DNA of 10,501 bases from Armatimonadia bacterium (GCA_039683575.1 JBDKRC010000332.1:1-10501), one strand, 5' to 3'; counted from the first letter of the stretch, positions 1-8,544 are shown. Notes: generated by a model from the letters alone, not told the origin. Made by a program: numbers and translations.

Positions 1-154
1 AGAGCGCGAGACTGCCAGGGCTGACCAACCGCTCTGCCAACCCGGCCGCCTCTGGGAGCGCTCACCAAACGGACGGAACGTCGGCCGCGCGATCTGGCCG
101 TCGGCTCGTCCCCCCTCTCTGACCTCAACCAAACACCGTAGCGTCTACCTCAGT

Positions 155-1990
155 ATGACATCGGGGGCAGGGATCAGCCATTCTGACGAGCAAGCGCGCT
201 TGGCTGGCATACGGCTCCGCTATGGCGCCGCCTTCTGTGGCCTGGTGGTTGCCGTCATCGGGCTCCTCGCGCTGCTCGCGCGCTTCACCGGAGCCGCGCT
301 GCTGGGAAGCTTCGTGCCCGCCACCAAGGTCATGGTGCCTGCGGCGGCGCTCAGCTTCGCCTTGCTCGGGCTCTGCCTTGCCATGCTTGGCCTTCTTCGC
401 CGTCCGCCGCGATGGCTAGTGTGGATCTCTGGCTTGACCTGCATTGTTCTCGCGATCCTGCGCGTTCTGGAATATGACTCCGGTTCGGAGTGGGATGTCA
501 GCGGCCTCTTTCTCTCAGCCTACTTCCCCGCTCCTCCCGACGCACACTATGCTGTTCCCGGCGCCGTCATCGTCATTCTGCTTGGCGCCTGCTTGCTGCT
601 CTTTCTTAAGGAACGGACGCGAGCGGCAGTTCTGGGAGTGGGCGGCCTTGCGGCGGCTTTGGGTGGCGTCCTTGTGTTGGGTTATCTCTACGGTCGCCCG
701 CTCTTGTATACTGCCGAGGTGGGTAACGCCGCACTCCCGGCTGCAATTGCCTTGATGATGACCGGCCTGGGCATGGCGATGCTCGCCGCCGCCTCCGAAA
801 GGGACGCTGAGGCCGTGCGTGAGGAGCAGCGGAATGCCCATGAAGCAGCCCTGCTGCACCTCGCGCAGGAGCTTGATCGTGCCGCAGCCGATGCGCTACA
901 GCGGGCGAGTGAGCTTGAGGTCATCATCAACTCAATTCCCGATGGCGTAATGGTATATACGCCTGCAGGAGCCCTCGAACGGGCCAACGAGCGCGCGCGC
1001 ACCCTCATGCGGGGCGTGCTGGACAGCGACCCCGAGTCCGAGACCCGGCAGTGGGACGTACGCGATCTAGTCTTTCATAACGACCAGTCGCAGGTCGTAG
1101 CATGGGCTGAACTGCCGCTGGCGCGCGCCTCCAGGGGCGAAACGATCCTCAACGCCATGTTGCGCGTCACCTGGCCTGATGCCGTCTCCAGATGGTTCAG
1201 CGTCTCCGGGGCGCCGGTCCGGGCGACTGGCGGCGGCGTCGCTCGAGTCGTCGGCATCTTTACCGACGTGACCGGTATTCGTGAGTACCAGCAGGAGTTG
1301 GAACGCCTGGTTAAGGACCGCACCATGACCCTGGAGGCACAACAGGAGCGGCTGCGGGCGCTCACCATCGAACTGGTGACGACCGAGCAAAGAGAACGTC
1401 AGCGTCTCGCCACCCTGGTTCACGACGAGGTCGCTCAGCCCCTCGGGGCCATGAAGCTGCGCCTGTCGCTGCTCCGCAAGGCTCTGCCAGGGTCCGCGGA
1501 AGATATCGACCCGCTCGTGACGCTGACCGACGAAGCCACGCAGCAAGTCCGCAGCATCATGACCGAGTTGAGCCCGCCGATTCTCCAGCGAATGGGCCTC
1601 ATCGAGGCGGTGCGCTGGTGGGCTGAGTTGGTGCAGAGCCGTTCAGGGCTGCTGGTCAGGGTAGACGCACCGGTCGGCACGGTGCAGATCGACAAAACAC
1701 AGGAAGCCGCGATGTTCGAGGGCTTCAAGGAGTTGCTGGAGAACGTCGAAAGACATGCGCAGGCCACGGAAGCACGCGTCACCGTGAATTGCGTCGACGA
1801 CGAACTGCAGCTCATCGTGGCGGACAACGGCTTGGGGTTCGAACCGGCGGCAACGGTGGCCAAAGAGGGCTTCGGCCTGCTGGCCTTTGGGGAGCGGATG
1901 AAGTACCTCGGCGGCACGCTGGAGATATCCTCGAAGCCCGGCAAAGGCACGCAGGCAACCTTGAAGCTCCCCGGCGGCTGCAGGGCCTAA
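155..1990 (+). CDS. Membrane-bound PAS-domain sensor histidine kinase (NarX/UhpB-like HisKA_3 + HATPase_c)
   Basis: 611-aa ORF. About six hydrophobic segments in the first ~210 aa. PAS-like segment (IINSIPDGVMVY...ANERA...RWFSVSGAPVR...GIFTDVT), coiled coil, H-box ERQRLATLVHDEVAQ, N-box ELLENVERHA, G1 DNGLGF, G2 GFGL, terminal PGKGT. No clear SD, so the start is uncertain. Confidence 0.92.
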   Translation: MTSGAGISHSDEQARLAGIRLRYGAAFCGLVVAVIGLLALLARFTGAALLGSFVPATKVMVPAAALSFALLGLCLAMLGLLRRPPRWLVWISGLTCIVLAILRVLEYDSGSEWDVSGLFLSAYFPAPPDAHYAVPGAVIVILLGACLLLFLKERTRAAVLGVGGLAAALGGVLVLGYLYGRPLLYTAEVGNAALPAAIALMMTGLGMAMLAAASERDAEAVREEQRNAHEAALLHLAQELDRAAADALQRASELEVIINSIPDGVMVYTPAGALERANERARTLMRGVLDSDPESETRQWDVRDLVFHNDQSQVVAWAELPLARASRGETILNAMLRVTWPDAVSRWFSVSGAPVRATGGGVARVVGIFTDVTGIREYQQELERLVKDRTMTLEAQQERLRALTIELVTTEQRERQRLATLVHDEVAQPLGAMKLRLSLLRKALPGSAEDIDPLVTLTDEATQQVRSIMTELSPPILQRMGLIEAVRWWAELVQSRSGLLVRVDAPVGTVQIDKTQEAAMFEGFKELLENVERHAQATEARVTVNCVDDELQLIVADNGLGFEPAATVAKEGFGLLAFGERMKYLGGTLEISSKPGKGTQATLKLPGGCRA

Positions 1991-1998
1991 CAACAAGC

Positions 1999-2035
1999 AA
2001 CAACGCCTCCCCCGCAAACCGGGGGAGGCGTTGTT
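1999..2035. terminator. Hairpin between convergent genes, probable bidirectional intrinsic terminator
   Basis: Perfect 16-bp stem AACAACGCCTCCCCCG / CGGGGGAGGCGTTGTT with a 5-nt loop and T-rich ends on both strands. Lies between the kinase stop (1990) and the pilin-like gene 1 stop (2062). Confidence 0.85.
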
Positions 2036-2061
2036 ATTGTCCTGGGTTTCAGCGGAGCCGT

Positions 2062-2712
2062 CTAGTCCATCCAATAAGACCAGTTCCGGTAGTACGTGTC
2101 CTTCATCGACTTCACGTGCCCGTCCGCGAAGGCGATGTTATACATGTCGTTGTGGCGGTTCCATGCCCGCGTGCCCGTGGTGTCGGTGGGGCTGTTGAGC
2201 ACGCCTTGGGCCGGGTTGTAGCCCGCTGCCACTGCCGGGCTGTAGGGCCCGGCGTACAGGTCGACGTCATCAATGAAGATCAGCGTGCCCACCGGGTCCT
2301 CGAGCTGGGCAAGGCTGATGGTGCCGGAGTCGAAGTTGGTCTTGCCGACAAAGCGGCTCTGGTTGTACCCGTAGTTGTTGAAGATGCCGTAGTCGAAGGC
2401 CTGCCCGGCGCTGGACTCGCTGGGGCAGCGCCAGATCTGGGCGTTCTTCTGGTACGGATACAGCAGCTCGGGCATGTGGAAGTAGTTACTAGAGATGCCC
2501 GGCGTCGAGGTATAGAGCGGCGGGCAGACCTCGTCATAGTCCTGGATGTACATTACCCAGGCGATGCCGATCTGCTTGAGGTTCGACTGGCAGCTCGACT
2601 GCCGCGCCTTCTCACGGGCCTTGGCGAAAACCGGGAACAGGATTGCCGCCAGGATGGCAATGATGGCGATTACTACCAACAACTCGATGAGCGTAAAACC
2701 ACGTCTTGTCAT
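2062..2712 (-). CDS. Prepilin-type N-terminal cleavage/methylation protein, DUF1559-like, with H-X9-DG motif (copy 1)
   Basis: [44 protein letters not shown] motif, [25 protein letters not shown] at 2717-2722. 216 aa. Confidence 0.93.
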   Translation of the reverse strand: MTRRGFTLIELLVVIAIIAILAAILFPVFAKAREKARQSSCQSNLKQIGIAWVMYIQDYDEVCPPLYTSTPGISSNYFHMPELLYPYQKNAQIWRCPSESSAGQAFDYGIFNNYGYNQSRFVGKTNFDSGTISLAQLEDPVGTLIFIDDVDLYAGPYSPAVAAGYNPAQGVLNSPTDTTGTRAWNRHNDMYNIAFADGHVKSMKDTYYRNWSYWMD

Positions 2713-2836
2713 GTTGCACCTCAGTTCATAGTCGGTCCCGCAAGAGATTCCTCTTAAGGTATTATTGCTTTCCTCAGCGGGCTCGAAACGTCCTTCTTCC
2801 GATCGCGGGTCCCGCAGTCGCGGCAGGCATCTGGCA

Positions 2837-2864
2837 AGCAGCCTCCCGGTGAGGGGAGGCTGCT
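2837..2864 (-). terminator. Hairpin downstream of copy 2 (putative terminator, weak U tail)
   Basis: 11-bp stem AGCAGCCTCCC / GGGAGGCTGCT, 6-nt loop, 25 nt after the stop. Confidence 0.65.
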
Positions 2865-2889
2865 GTGGGCTGCTTCGATTGGGGCGTGT

Positions 2890-3516
2890 CTAGTCCTCGG
2901 CGAGCGTCCAGAGCCTGTCCTGACCTGCGGCTGCCGTGCGGCCGAGCCACTTGGCATGGCCGTCGCAGAAGCCGTAGTTGCCGCCATCATTGTGCCGGCC
3001 GGCTACATTGCCGATGCCGTCAGTCGGCGGCGTGGACTGGGTCGGACCATAGATGAAGGCGCCGCCTGCGCCATACTGCCCCGTGTCCGGGTTGTCGCCG
3101 ATGATGATTGTCTCGGCGGACTGCTTGATGTCACCCAGCGAGCGTCCGGGGTTGTTGTAGAAAGTCCCGGTGCCGCCGCTGTAGTAACCGAGGTTCTGGT
3201 AGTTCCAGCCATAGCCCAGCGCCGAGGCGCTGTTGCTGGGACAGGTGAAAATCTGGGCATTCTTAACGTACGGGTCCAGGTACAGGTTCCAGTTCTTGGC
3301 CGGGCTGCCCCAGGCCGAGGCGTAGGGCAGGACTTCATCATAGTCCTGGGCGTACTGCATGATCGCAAGGCCGATCTGCTTTACGTTGGACAGACAGGAC
3401 GACTGGCGGGCTTTCTCACGGGCCTTGGCGAAAACCGGGAACAGGATCGCCGCCAGGATGGCGATGATGGCGATCACCACCAGCAACTCGATAAGCGTAA
3501 AACCTCGACTCTTCAA
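2890..3516 (-). CDS. Prepilin-type DUF1559-like H-X9-DG protein (copy 2), TTG start
   Basis: The ORF track starts at 3741, but an in-frame TTG at 3516 with GAGGTG (3523-3528) 6 nt upstream gives [12 protein letters not shown], matching the paralogs. [17 protein letters not shown]. 208 aa. Confidence 0.9.
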   Translation of the reverse strand: MKSRGFTLIELLVVIAIIAILAAILFPVFAKAREKARQSSCLSNVKQIGLAIMQYAQDYDEVLPYASAWGSPAKNWNLYLDPYVKNAQIFTCPSNSASALGYGWNYQNLGYYSGGTGTFYNNPGRSLGDIKQSAETIIIGDNPDTGQYGAGGAFIYGPTQSTPPTDGIGNVAGRHNDGGNYGFCDGHAKWLGRTAAAGQDRLWTLAED

Positions 3517-3567
3517 TGGGCTCACCTCAGACAGAAGATGGCGCGCGCACGTGTACTTACCGAAATA

Positions 3568-3596
3568 CTTATACACTAACGCGCGAAACCTGTCTA
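3568..3596 (-). promoter_or_regulatory. Putative sigma70 promoter of copy 2
   Basis: TAGACA (3591-3596)-N17-TATAAG (3568-3573) on the minus strand in an AT-rich patch. The -35 starts with the aminotransferase TAG stop. Confidence 0.5.
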
Positions 3597-4841
3597 TAGG
3601 TTCGCTGTATTTGTTACGATATTTGTCAAATTTGCGTTCACCTTCTCCACCGCCGCCAGAAGCTGCTTCATGTACCCCGCCTCGCCCAGCAGGTGCTGGT
3701 GCATCATGACCAGACCGGTCTCGGTCTTGACCTGCTCGCATACCGGCAGCCGGAGGTTGGCATAGTCCTGTGGCACGTTCTCACGGTACGGGATCGGGCT
3801 GGTGCTGTCGTACAGATTCAGCAGCGGATTGCGGTAGACGGGGTCATAGACCTCGCCCAAACCCAGCCCCTCGGCCGCCAGCGCCTGGACGTACTGTGAC
3901 CGCGTGACGCCCTGAGCCTGCGCGGGATCGAAGTGCAGCGACATGGCATAGTAGGCCTGCCGCGTGACCCGCTCATCCCGCTTGGCGGCCCGCAGCGGCC
4001 CGCCGATCCGTGCCAGCTCCGCGGCCAGCCACTGGGCGTTCTCATCGCGCTTCAGGGTCTGCTCGGTCAGCCGCGTCAGCCCGCCCCGGAGCAGCACGCA
4101 CTGCATCTCCGTAATCCGGTAATTGTGGCCGTAGCGCCGCGCCGGGGCCATGTCGGGGGGAGCGGACCAGCCGACCTGCTTGAGCGCGAAGGCGGTCTGG
4201 AAGACCTCGTCATCGTTGCACGTAATCGCCCCACCTTCGCCGCTGGTCAGGAGCTTCGACTGCTGGAAGGAGTAGCTGCCGGCATCGCCGATGGCCCCTG
4301 CGCCCTGGCCGCGCCACTGGCTGCCATGCTGGTGCGCAACGTCCTCTACAACCTTCAGGCTATGCCGCCGCGCCAGGTCCATGATGGCATCCATGTCGCA
4401 CATGCAGCCATAGATATGAACCGGCAGCAACGCAGTGGTTTTGGGCGTTATGGCCTTCTCAGCGGCCGCTGCGTCCAAACAGAACGTCTCGGGGTCAATG
4501 TCCGCGAAGACCACATTGGCCCCGATGTCCATGGCCGCCTGGGCGGTGGCGGTCCAGGTCAGGCCGGGGACAATGACCTCATCGCCCGGCTTAACGCCCA
4601 CAGCCTGCAGGGCGCACTGGATGGTGACGGTCCCATTGGACAGGCACAGGGCATGGCGGGAGCCGATGAAGGAAGCGAAATCGGCGGTGAAAGCCGTCTC
4701 GTGAGGGCCCATCCAGCTCCATTTGCCGCTGCGGATGACCTCCTCCATCCACTGGACCTCCAGCTCGCCCGAGACGGGCCAGGTGGGGCAGGGGAGAGTT
4801 ACGGCGCGGTCGCCGCCGGTTAGTGCGAGGGAACTGGACAT
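3594..4841 (-). CDS. DegT/DnrJ/EryC1/StrS family PLP-dependent aminotransferase
   Basis: 415 aa. Motifs [61 protein letters not shown] (PLP lysine), [18 protein letters not shown] upstream of the ATG. Confidence 0.93.
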   Translation of the reverse strand: MSSSLALTGGDRAVTLPCPTWPVSGELEVQWMEEVIRSGKWSWMGPHETAFTADFASFIGSRHALCLSNGTVTIQCALQAVGVKPGDEVIVPGLTWTATAQAAMDIGANVVFADIDPETFCLDAAAAEKAITPKTTALLPVHIYGCMCDMDAIMDLARRHSLKVVEDVAHQHGSQWRGQGAGAIGDAGSYSFQQSKLLTSGEGGAITCNDDEVFQTAFALKQVGWSAPPDMAPARRYGHNYRITEMQCVLLRGGLTRLTEQTLKRDENAQWLAAELARIGGPLRAAKRDERVTRQAYYAMSLHFDPAQAQGVTRSQYVQALAAEGLGLGEVYDPVYRNPLLNLYDSTSPIPYRENVPQDYANLRLPVCEQVKTETGLVMMHQHLLGEAGYMKQLLAAVEKVNANLTNIVTNTANL

Positions 4842-4881
4842 GGGTTGCCTCCGGACTGATTTTGGGAATTGGGCTGCGCAA

Positions 4882-4910
4882 ATAGTAGGTAAAGTCGCTC
4901 AAAAAGCCAA
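4882..4910 (-). promoter_or_regulatory. Putative promoter of the aminotransferase
   Basis: TTGGCT (4905-4910)-N17-TACTAT (4882-4887) on the minus strand in the AT-rich divergent spacer. Confidence 0.5.
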
Positions 4911-4949
4911 TATACTGATGAAGTCAATCTTGACCAATAGTGATATTGG
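4907..4949. promoter_or_regulatory. Imperfect inverted repeat, candidate regulator binding site
   Basis: CCAATATACTGATGAAGTCAA-TC-TTGACCAATAGTGATATTGG. Outer CCAATAT/ATATTGG and inner GTCAA/TTGAC are complementary. It abuts the -35 of the aminotransferase promoter. Confidence 0.45.
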
Positions 4950-4964
4950 AGGAAATGTTCTACC

Positions 4965-5912
4965 ATGATGATGGTGGACCGACCGGTCTCCAGCAGAACC
5001 TTCAGCAAACCAATGCTCGAGGTGCTGTTCGACCGGAAGCGATGGTGGCTCATCGCCTCCGGAATCCCTCGCGAAGTCCAGCCGGTGAATGACCGGCGGC
5101 ACGAGAAGTGGATGCGCAACCACTCACACAAACATACCCATACAGAGATAATGTTTGTACTCAAGGGCCGGGGCAGTATGGGCTATGAAAAGCGAATCTA
5201 CCCTTACGGTCCCGGAACGGTCTTTTGCTTTCAACCCGGAGAGAGCCACGACCTGGAGATCCCGGTCTGGGGTCAGGAAACGGAGATGCTGTGGATCGTT
5301 CTGATGGGGCGGAAGTTCGTGGCGCAGGTGACGCAGTTCCGTCCGGACCTGCCGGGCGGCGCCGAGACGATGGGTTTCATCGTCCTGGCCAAGGACACAG
5401 GGCTGCTGGAAGTTGACCCGATGCCGGAGCAGTGGCCGGACCGGGCCCCGCGGCGGGAGGTGCGGGCCCTGCAGCTATACGCGGCGGTGGAAACGCTGGT
5501 CGCGGCGCTGGTGGAGCAGGGCGACGCGCCGGTCCACCCGCGGGAAGAGCAGGTCCGCGAGAGAGTGGTGCGGATGATGCAGGAGTACATGGAGGAGACG
5601 GGCGGGCAGGGGCTAACCCCGGCGGAGCTGGCCAGAATGTCCGGCTATAGCCGAGCCCACTTCATGCGGCTGTTTCGCCAGCAGGTGGGGTGTACGGTGC
5701 TGGAATACCTCAATCAGTGCCGGCTGCGCCGGGCGCATGAGCTGGAGAAGCGGGGTTACCAGCAGTATCGGATCGCGGACATACTGGGCTTCTCGTGCCC
5801 GACGTCGTATTGCCGGTGGCGGCGGCAGCAGGAGGGGAAGCGAGCGCAGGCGGCTGTGGAGGGGGCGGAGGAGGAGAAGAGAAGCGGAGAGGTTAAGGCC
5901 AGGATACTGTGA
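4965..5912 (+). CDS. AraC-family transcriptional regulator with N-terminal cupin domain
   Basis: Cupin motif HSHKHTHTEIMFVLKGRG...PGTVFCFQPGESH. C-terminal double HTH LTPAELARMSGYSRAHFMRLFRQQVG...YLNQCRLRRA...IADILGFSCPTSY. Exact start uncertain (three tandem ATGs). Confidence 0.9.
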   Translation: MMMVDRPVSSRTFSKPMLEVLFDRKRWWLIASGIPREVQPVNDRRHEKWMRNHSHKHTHTEIMFVLKGRGSMGYEKRIYPYGPGTVFCFQPGESHDLEIPVWGQETEMLWIVLMGRKFVAQVTQFRPDLPGGAETMGFIVLAKDTGLLEVDPMPEQWPDRAPRREVRALQLYAAVETLVAALVEQGDAPVHPREEQVRERVVRMMQEYMEETGGQGLTPAELARMSGYSRAHFMRLFRQQVGCTVLEYLNQCRLRRAHELEKRGYQQYRIADILGFSCPTSYCRWRRQQEGKRAQAAVEGAEEEKRSGEVKARIL

Positions 5913-5923
5913 AGGGCGAAAGC

Positions 5924-6031
5924 TGGTCGGGGATGGCCCGACGGGAATGTCGGGCGTACATCCGGAAGGGGAGAAGGTGGTCGGGGGCGTAGGTTGGTCG
6001 GTGATGGTCGCGATCGGTGATCGCTCGTACA
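5924..6031 (-). repeat. Pair of 37-nt REP-like direct repeats with internal hairpins
   Basis: 5924-5960 TGGTCGGGGATGGCCCGACGGGAATGTCGGGCGTACA and 5995-6031 TGGTCGGTGATGGTCGCGATCGGTGATCGCTCGTACA. Ends are conserved. Cores differ but each is self-complementary. Confidence 0.55.
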
Positions 6032-6085
6032 AGGTAGGTTTTTGAGGGGGAGTTGCCGAGCCGGAGGCGGGTGGCGGTGCAGAAT

Positions 6086-6117
6086 AAAAAGGCCCGGGCC
6101 AACGGCCCGGGCCTTTT
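6086..6117. terminator. Bidirectional intrinsic terminator between the AraC gene and copy 3
   Basis: AAAAA-GGCCCGGGCC-AAC-GGCCCGGGCC-TTTT between convergent genes. Confidence 0.9.
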
Positions 6118-6169
6118 CCTTCCTGTGAATCATACGCTTGAGAGTGGAGCCGGAACGCCCCTACGGGGT

Positions 6170-6727
6170 CTAGTACCCGTAGAGCGTGCAGGTGGGCGTA
6201 TACAGCGAAGAGTACGAGAACCACTTGGCGTGGCCGTCAACGAAGCCAACGTTCGAACCGTCGTTGTGCCTCAGGGACGGAGCATAGGCGGCGAAGTACT
6301 TGTAGGCCAGGACCGGGGCGTTGTCTACATCCATGCCCCAGAGCGTCTCGGCGGGCTTGTCAATCGCGCCAAGTGACTTGGCGGCCACGGTGGGCGCGGA
6401 AGGATAACCGAGGTAGTTGTAGTTCCAGCCATAGCCCAGCGCCATGGTGGCCGAGCTGGGGCACTTGAAGATCTGGGTGTTCTTGACGTAGGCCTGGATG
6501 AGGCTGTCCCACCTGATATTACCGTATGTGAAGGAGGGGAGCATCTCGTCATAGTCCTGGGCATACGACAAAAGGCCGAGGCCGATCTGCTTGACGTTGG
6601 AGAGACAACTGGACTGGCGAGCCTTTTCGCGGGCCTTGGCAAAGACCGGGAAGAGGATCGCGGCAAGAATAGCGATGATGGCGATGACCACCAGCAACTC
6701 GATGAGCGTAAAGCCGCGTCTTTTCAT
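6170..6727 (-). CDS. Prepilin-type DUF1559-like H-X9-DG protein (copy 3)
   Basis: [12 protein letters not shown]..., [32 protein letters not shown] at 6732-6737. 185 aa. Confidence 0.93.
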   Translation of the reverse strand: MKRRGFTLIELLVVIAIIAILAAILFPVFAKAREKARQSSCLSNVKQIGLGLLSYAQDYDEMLPSFTYGNIRWDSLIQAYVKNTQIFKCPSSATMALGYGWNYNYLGYPSAPTVAAKSLGAIDKPAETLWGMDVDNAPVLAYKYFAAYAPSLRHNDGSNVGFVDGHAKWFSYSSLYTPTCTLYGY

Positions 6728-6763
6728 ATTTCACCTCACATGGAATGATGGAACGTTAGGCAG

Positions 6764-6790
6764 ATTATACCATTAATCAGCGGAAATCAA
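6764..6790 (-). promoter_or_regulatory. Promoter of copy 3 (perfect extended -10)
   Basis: TGGTATAAT at 6764-6772. TTGATT at 6785-6790, 15-nt spacer. Confidence 0.7.
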
Positions 6791-6940
6791 GCATGTTTGG
6801 TGGGGCGGGAGGGTCGGGGGCAGTGAGCGGCCCCTCACAGGAAATGATACGACAACTAGCACATAAAGTGACGAGGCAAATCAGTTCCATATTCCCTCGA
6901 CTTCCAGTCATGTAGGACGGAATTGTAGAACCGCTGCCCG

Positions 6941-6949
6941 ATGATACCA
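6941..6949 (-). promoter_or_regulatory. Additional extended -10 element in the copy 4/copy 3 spacer
   Basis: TGGTATCAT just downstream of the copy 4 terminator. CAGATT lies at 15 nt and TTGCCA at 19 nt upstream. Confidence 0.5.
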
Positions 6950-6992
6950 TTGACGAGGGGAAATCTGGCAAGTTTGGTGGGTGAAATGAAGA

Positions 6993-7015
6993 TGCCCGGC
7001 CTTTGTGGCCGGGCA
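6993..7015 (-). terminator. Intrinsic terminator of copy 4
   Basis: 9-bp stem TGCCCGGCC / GGCCGGGCA, followed on the minus strand by TCTTCATTTC. Confidence 0.75.
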
Positions 7016-7050
7016 ACTGGTGTTGGTCGCGGGCTTGCGTCAGGCGTTGA

Positions 7051-7701
7051 CTACTGGTTGTCCCACAGGTTCGGAGACGGGCCTGCGGCGTAGTCGACGG
7101 CGTCATAGTAGCCGAGGGCCGAACCCTTATACCATTTGGCATGGCCGTCGGCGAAAGTGCAGTTGGCCCCATCGTTGTGGCGTACAGCGGGCGGCTCAGC
7201 GTTGTCGCCGGTGCTGCGAGTGTCCCAGTCGGTGAGATAGTAGGCGCAGTCGGCGAGGACTATGGTCTCGGCGGGAACATTGATCTCGCCGAGCGACCGG
7301 CCGGCCAAGTTCCATGCTGCAATGCCATGGAAACCATAGCCGAAGCTCGCATCGTAAGCGGTCAGGGACAAGTTGTCGGTGGCCGAGGGGCAGTTGAAGA
7401 TCTGCCAGTTCTTGGTGTAGGGCGCCAACTGGTAGTGCCACAGCATGTTTGTGCTCGTAGAGACAGTACCGTCAGGCAGGAGGTAAGTGCAGGGGGAGTT
7501 GTTGGCGCGTATGAAGCGCTCGTCATAGTCCTGCGCATAGGACAAGACGGCGGTACCAAGCTGCCTGAGGTTGCTCAGGCAACTGGTCTGGCGGGCCTTC
7601 TCACGGGCCTTGGCGAAAACTGGGAAGAGAATTGCTGCGAGAATGGCGATAATGGCGATGACGACGAGAAGCTCGATCAACGTAAAGCCGCGCCTGCTCA
7701 T
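7051..7701 (-). CDS. Prepilin-type DUF1559-like H-X9-DG protein (copy 4)
   Basis: Start moved to ATG 7701 ([12 protein letters not shown]) because the track's GTG at 7710 is part of the GAGGTG RBS (7708-7713). [17 protein letters not shown]. 216 aa. Confidence 0.92.
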   Translation of the reverse strand: MSRRGFTLIELLVVIAIIAILAAILFPVFAKAREKARQTSCLSNLRQLGTAVLSYAQDYDERFIRANNSPCTYLLPDGTVSTSTNMLWHYQLAPYTKNWQIFNCPSATDNLSLTAYDASFGYGFHGIAAWNLAGRSLGEINVPAETIVLADCAYYLTDWDTRSTGDNAEPPAVRHNDGANCTFADGHAKWYKGSALGYYDAVDYAAGPSPNLWDNQ

Positions 7702-7736
7702 GATATGCACCTCGCTATGACATTGCCTATTACAGG

Positions 7737-7763
7737 TCTATACCACATTAGACGCGATATCAT
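7737..7763 (-). promoter_or_regulatory. Putative promoter of copy 4
   Basis: TGGTATAGA (7737-7745) with ATGATA (7758-7763) at a 15-nt spacer. The -10 is about the same distance from the start codon as in copies 3 and 5. Confidence 0.5.
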
Positions 7764-7777
7764 GCGTGTCGGGACAC

Positions 7778-7807
7778 AAAAAAACGCCCGGGCAGACGGC
7801 CCGGGCG
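7778..7807 (-). terminator. Intrinsic terminator of copy 5
   Basis: 9-bp stem CGCCCGGGC / GCCCGGGCG followed by T7 on the minus strand. Confidence 0.9.
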
Positions 7808-7835
7808 CTATCGTATTCGGCAAACTGGCCAAACC

Positions 7836-8498
7836 CTAGGGATTATTGCCGGTGTAGGCCCCATTCCAGTAGCGGCTGTTGGCGTTGAACGCCGGGATAG
7901 CCGTGCCCTGCATCCACTTGGCGTGACCATCGCAGAAGGCGTTATTCAACCCGTTGTTGTGGCGGGGAACGCTGGTGAAGGTAGCGGAGCCGACCATTTC
8001 CTCATTGGCCCCGGCGGTGTCGCCGTCGAGGTTGTAGGAGTCGCCGCCGCCAGCCTCGGCAAAGAACATGGCCTCGGCGGGGTAGTTGACGGTGCCGAGG
8101 GCGCGGCCGGAGTTGTAGCTATTGAGACCGTAGGAGCCGCCGCCGGTGTACTGGCCGGTGAAGGCAGCAGCGCTATCGCTGGGGCAGTTGTAGACCTGCA
8201 CGTTCTTGACGTAGGGGTAGATGCAGGTATGCCACAGCATGTAGTTCGAGGACGTAGTGCCGTTGGGAAGAGTGTAGGTGCCGACGCCGGGGCCGATGTT
8301 GGTCCGCGGCAGCATTTCGTCGTAGTCCTGGGCGTACTGCATGGCGGCGAGCCCAAGCTGCTTCATGTTGTTGAGACAGGATGACTGTCGGGCCTTCTCG
8401 CGGGCCTTGGCGAACACAGGGAACAGGATGGCCGCGAGACTGGCGATGATGGCGATGACGACAAGCAATTCGATGAGCGTAAAGCCACGTCGATTCAT
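7836..8498 (-). CDS. Prepilin-type DUF1559-like H-X9-DG protein (copy 5)
   Basis: [25 protein letters not shown]..., [32 protein letters not shown] at 8504-8509. 220 aa. Confidence 0.92.
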   Translation of the reverse strand: MNRRGFTLIELLVVIAIIASLAAILFPVFAKAREKARQSSCLNNMKQLGLAAMQYAQDYDEMLPRTNIGPGVGTYTLPNGTTSSNYMLWHTCIYPYVKNVQVYNCPSDSAAAFTGQYTGGGSYGLNSYNSGRALGTVNYPAEAMFFAEAGGGDSYNLDGDTAGANEEMVGSATFTSVPRHNNGLNNAFCDGHAKWMQGTAIPAFNANSRYWNGAYTGNNP

Positions 8499-8535
8499 AC
8501 TTGCACCTCTAATCAGAATATCCCAACCAACTTAC

Positions 8536-8544
8536 ATTATACCA
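8536..8544 (-). promoter_or_regulatory. Promoter of copy 5 (perfect extended -10)
   Basis: TGGTATAAT at 8536-8544. No convincing -35. Confidence 0.65.

Noticed and set aside
1985-2050. Integron attC site (GCCTAAC overlaps the kinase stop, and the array looks cassette-like)
   Set aside because: No matching GTTRRRY end or bulged attC fold. The hairpin is a perfect terminator stem, other spacers lack RYYYAAC/GTTRRRY pairs, and the genes carry their own promoters.
1789-2757. Long antisense/alternative-frame ORFs (e.g. 1789-2757, 2956-3579, 3933-4823, 7141-7839)
   Set aside because: Shadow ORFs of GC-rich genes on the opposite strand. No motifs, and their mutual similarity simply mirrors the conserved pilin N-terminus.
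3624-3629. Perfect TTGACA on the minus strand inside the aminotransferase 3' end
   Set aside because: No acceptable -10 at 15-19 nt downstream.
3517-3741. 75-aa N-terminal extension of copy 2 in the ORF track
   Set aside because: It overlaps the aminotransferase 3' end. TTG at 3516 with a GAGGTG RBS reproduces the family's 5-aa leader.
5924-6031. Mini CRISPR array (37-nt repeats, 34-nt spacer)
   Set aside because: Only two units, their central parts differ extensively, and there are no cas genes or leader. The TGTA-foot + hairpin fits REP-like elements better.
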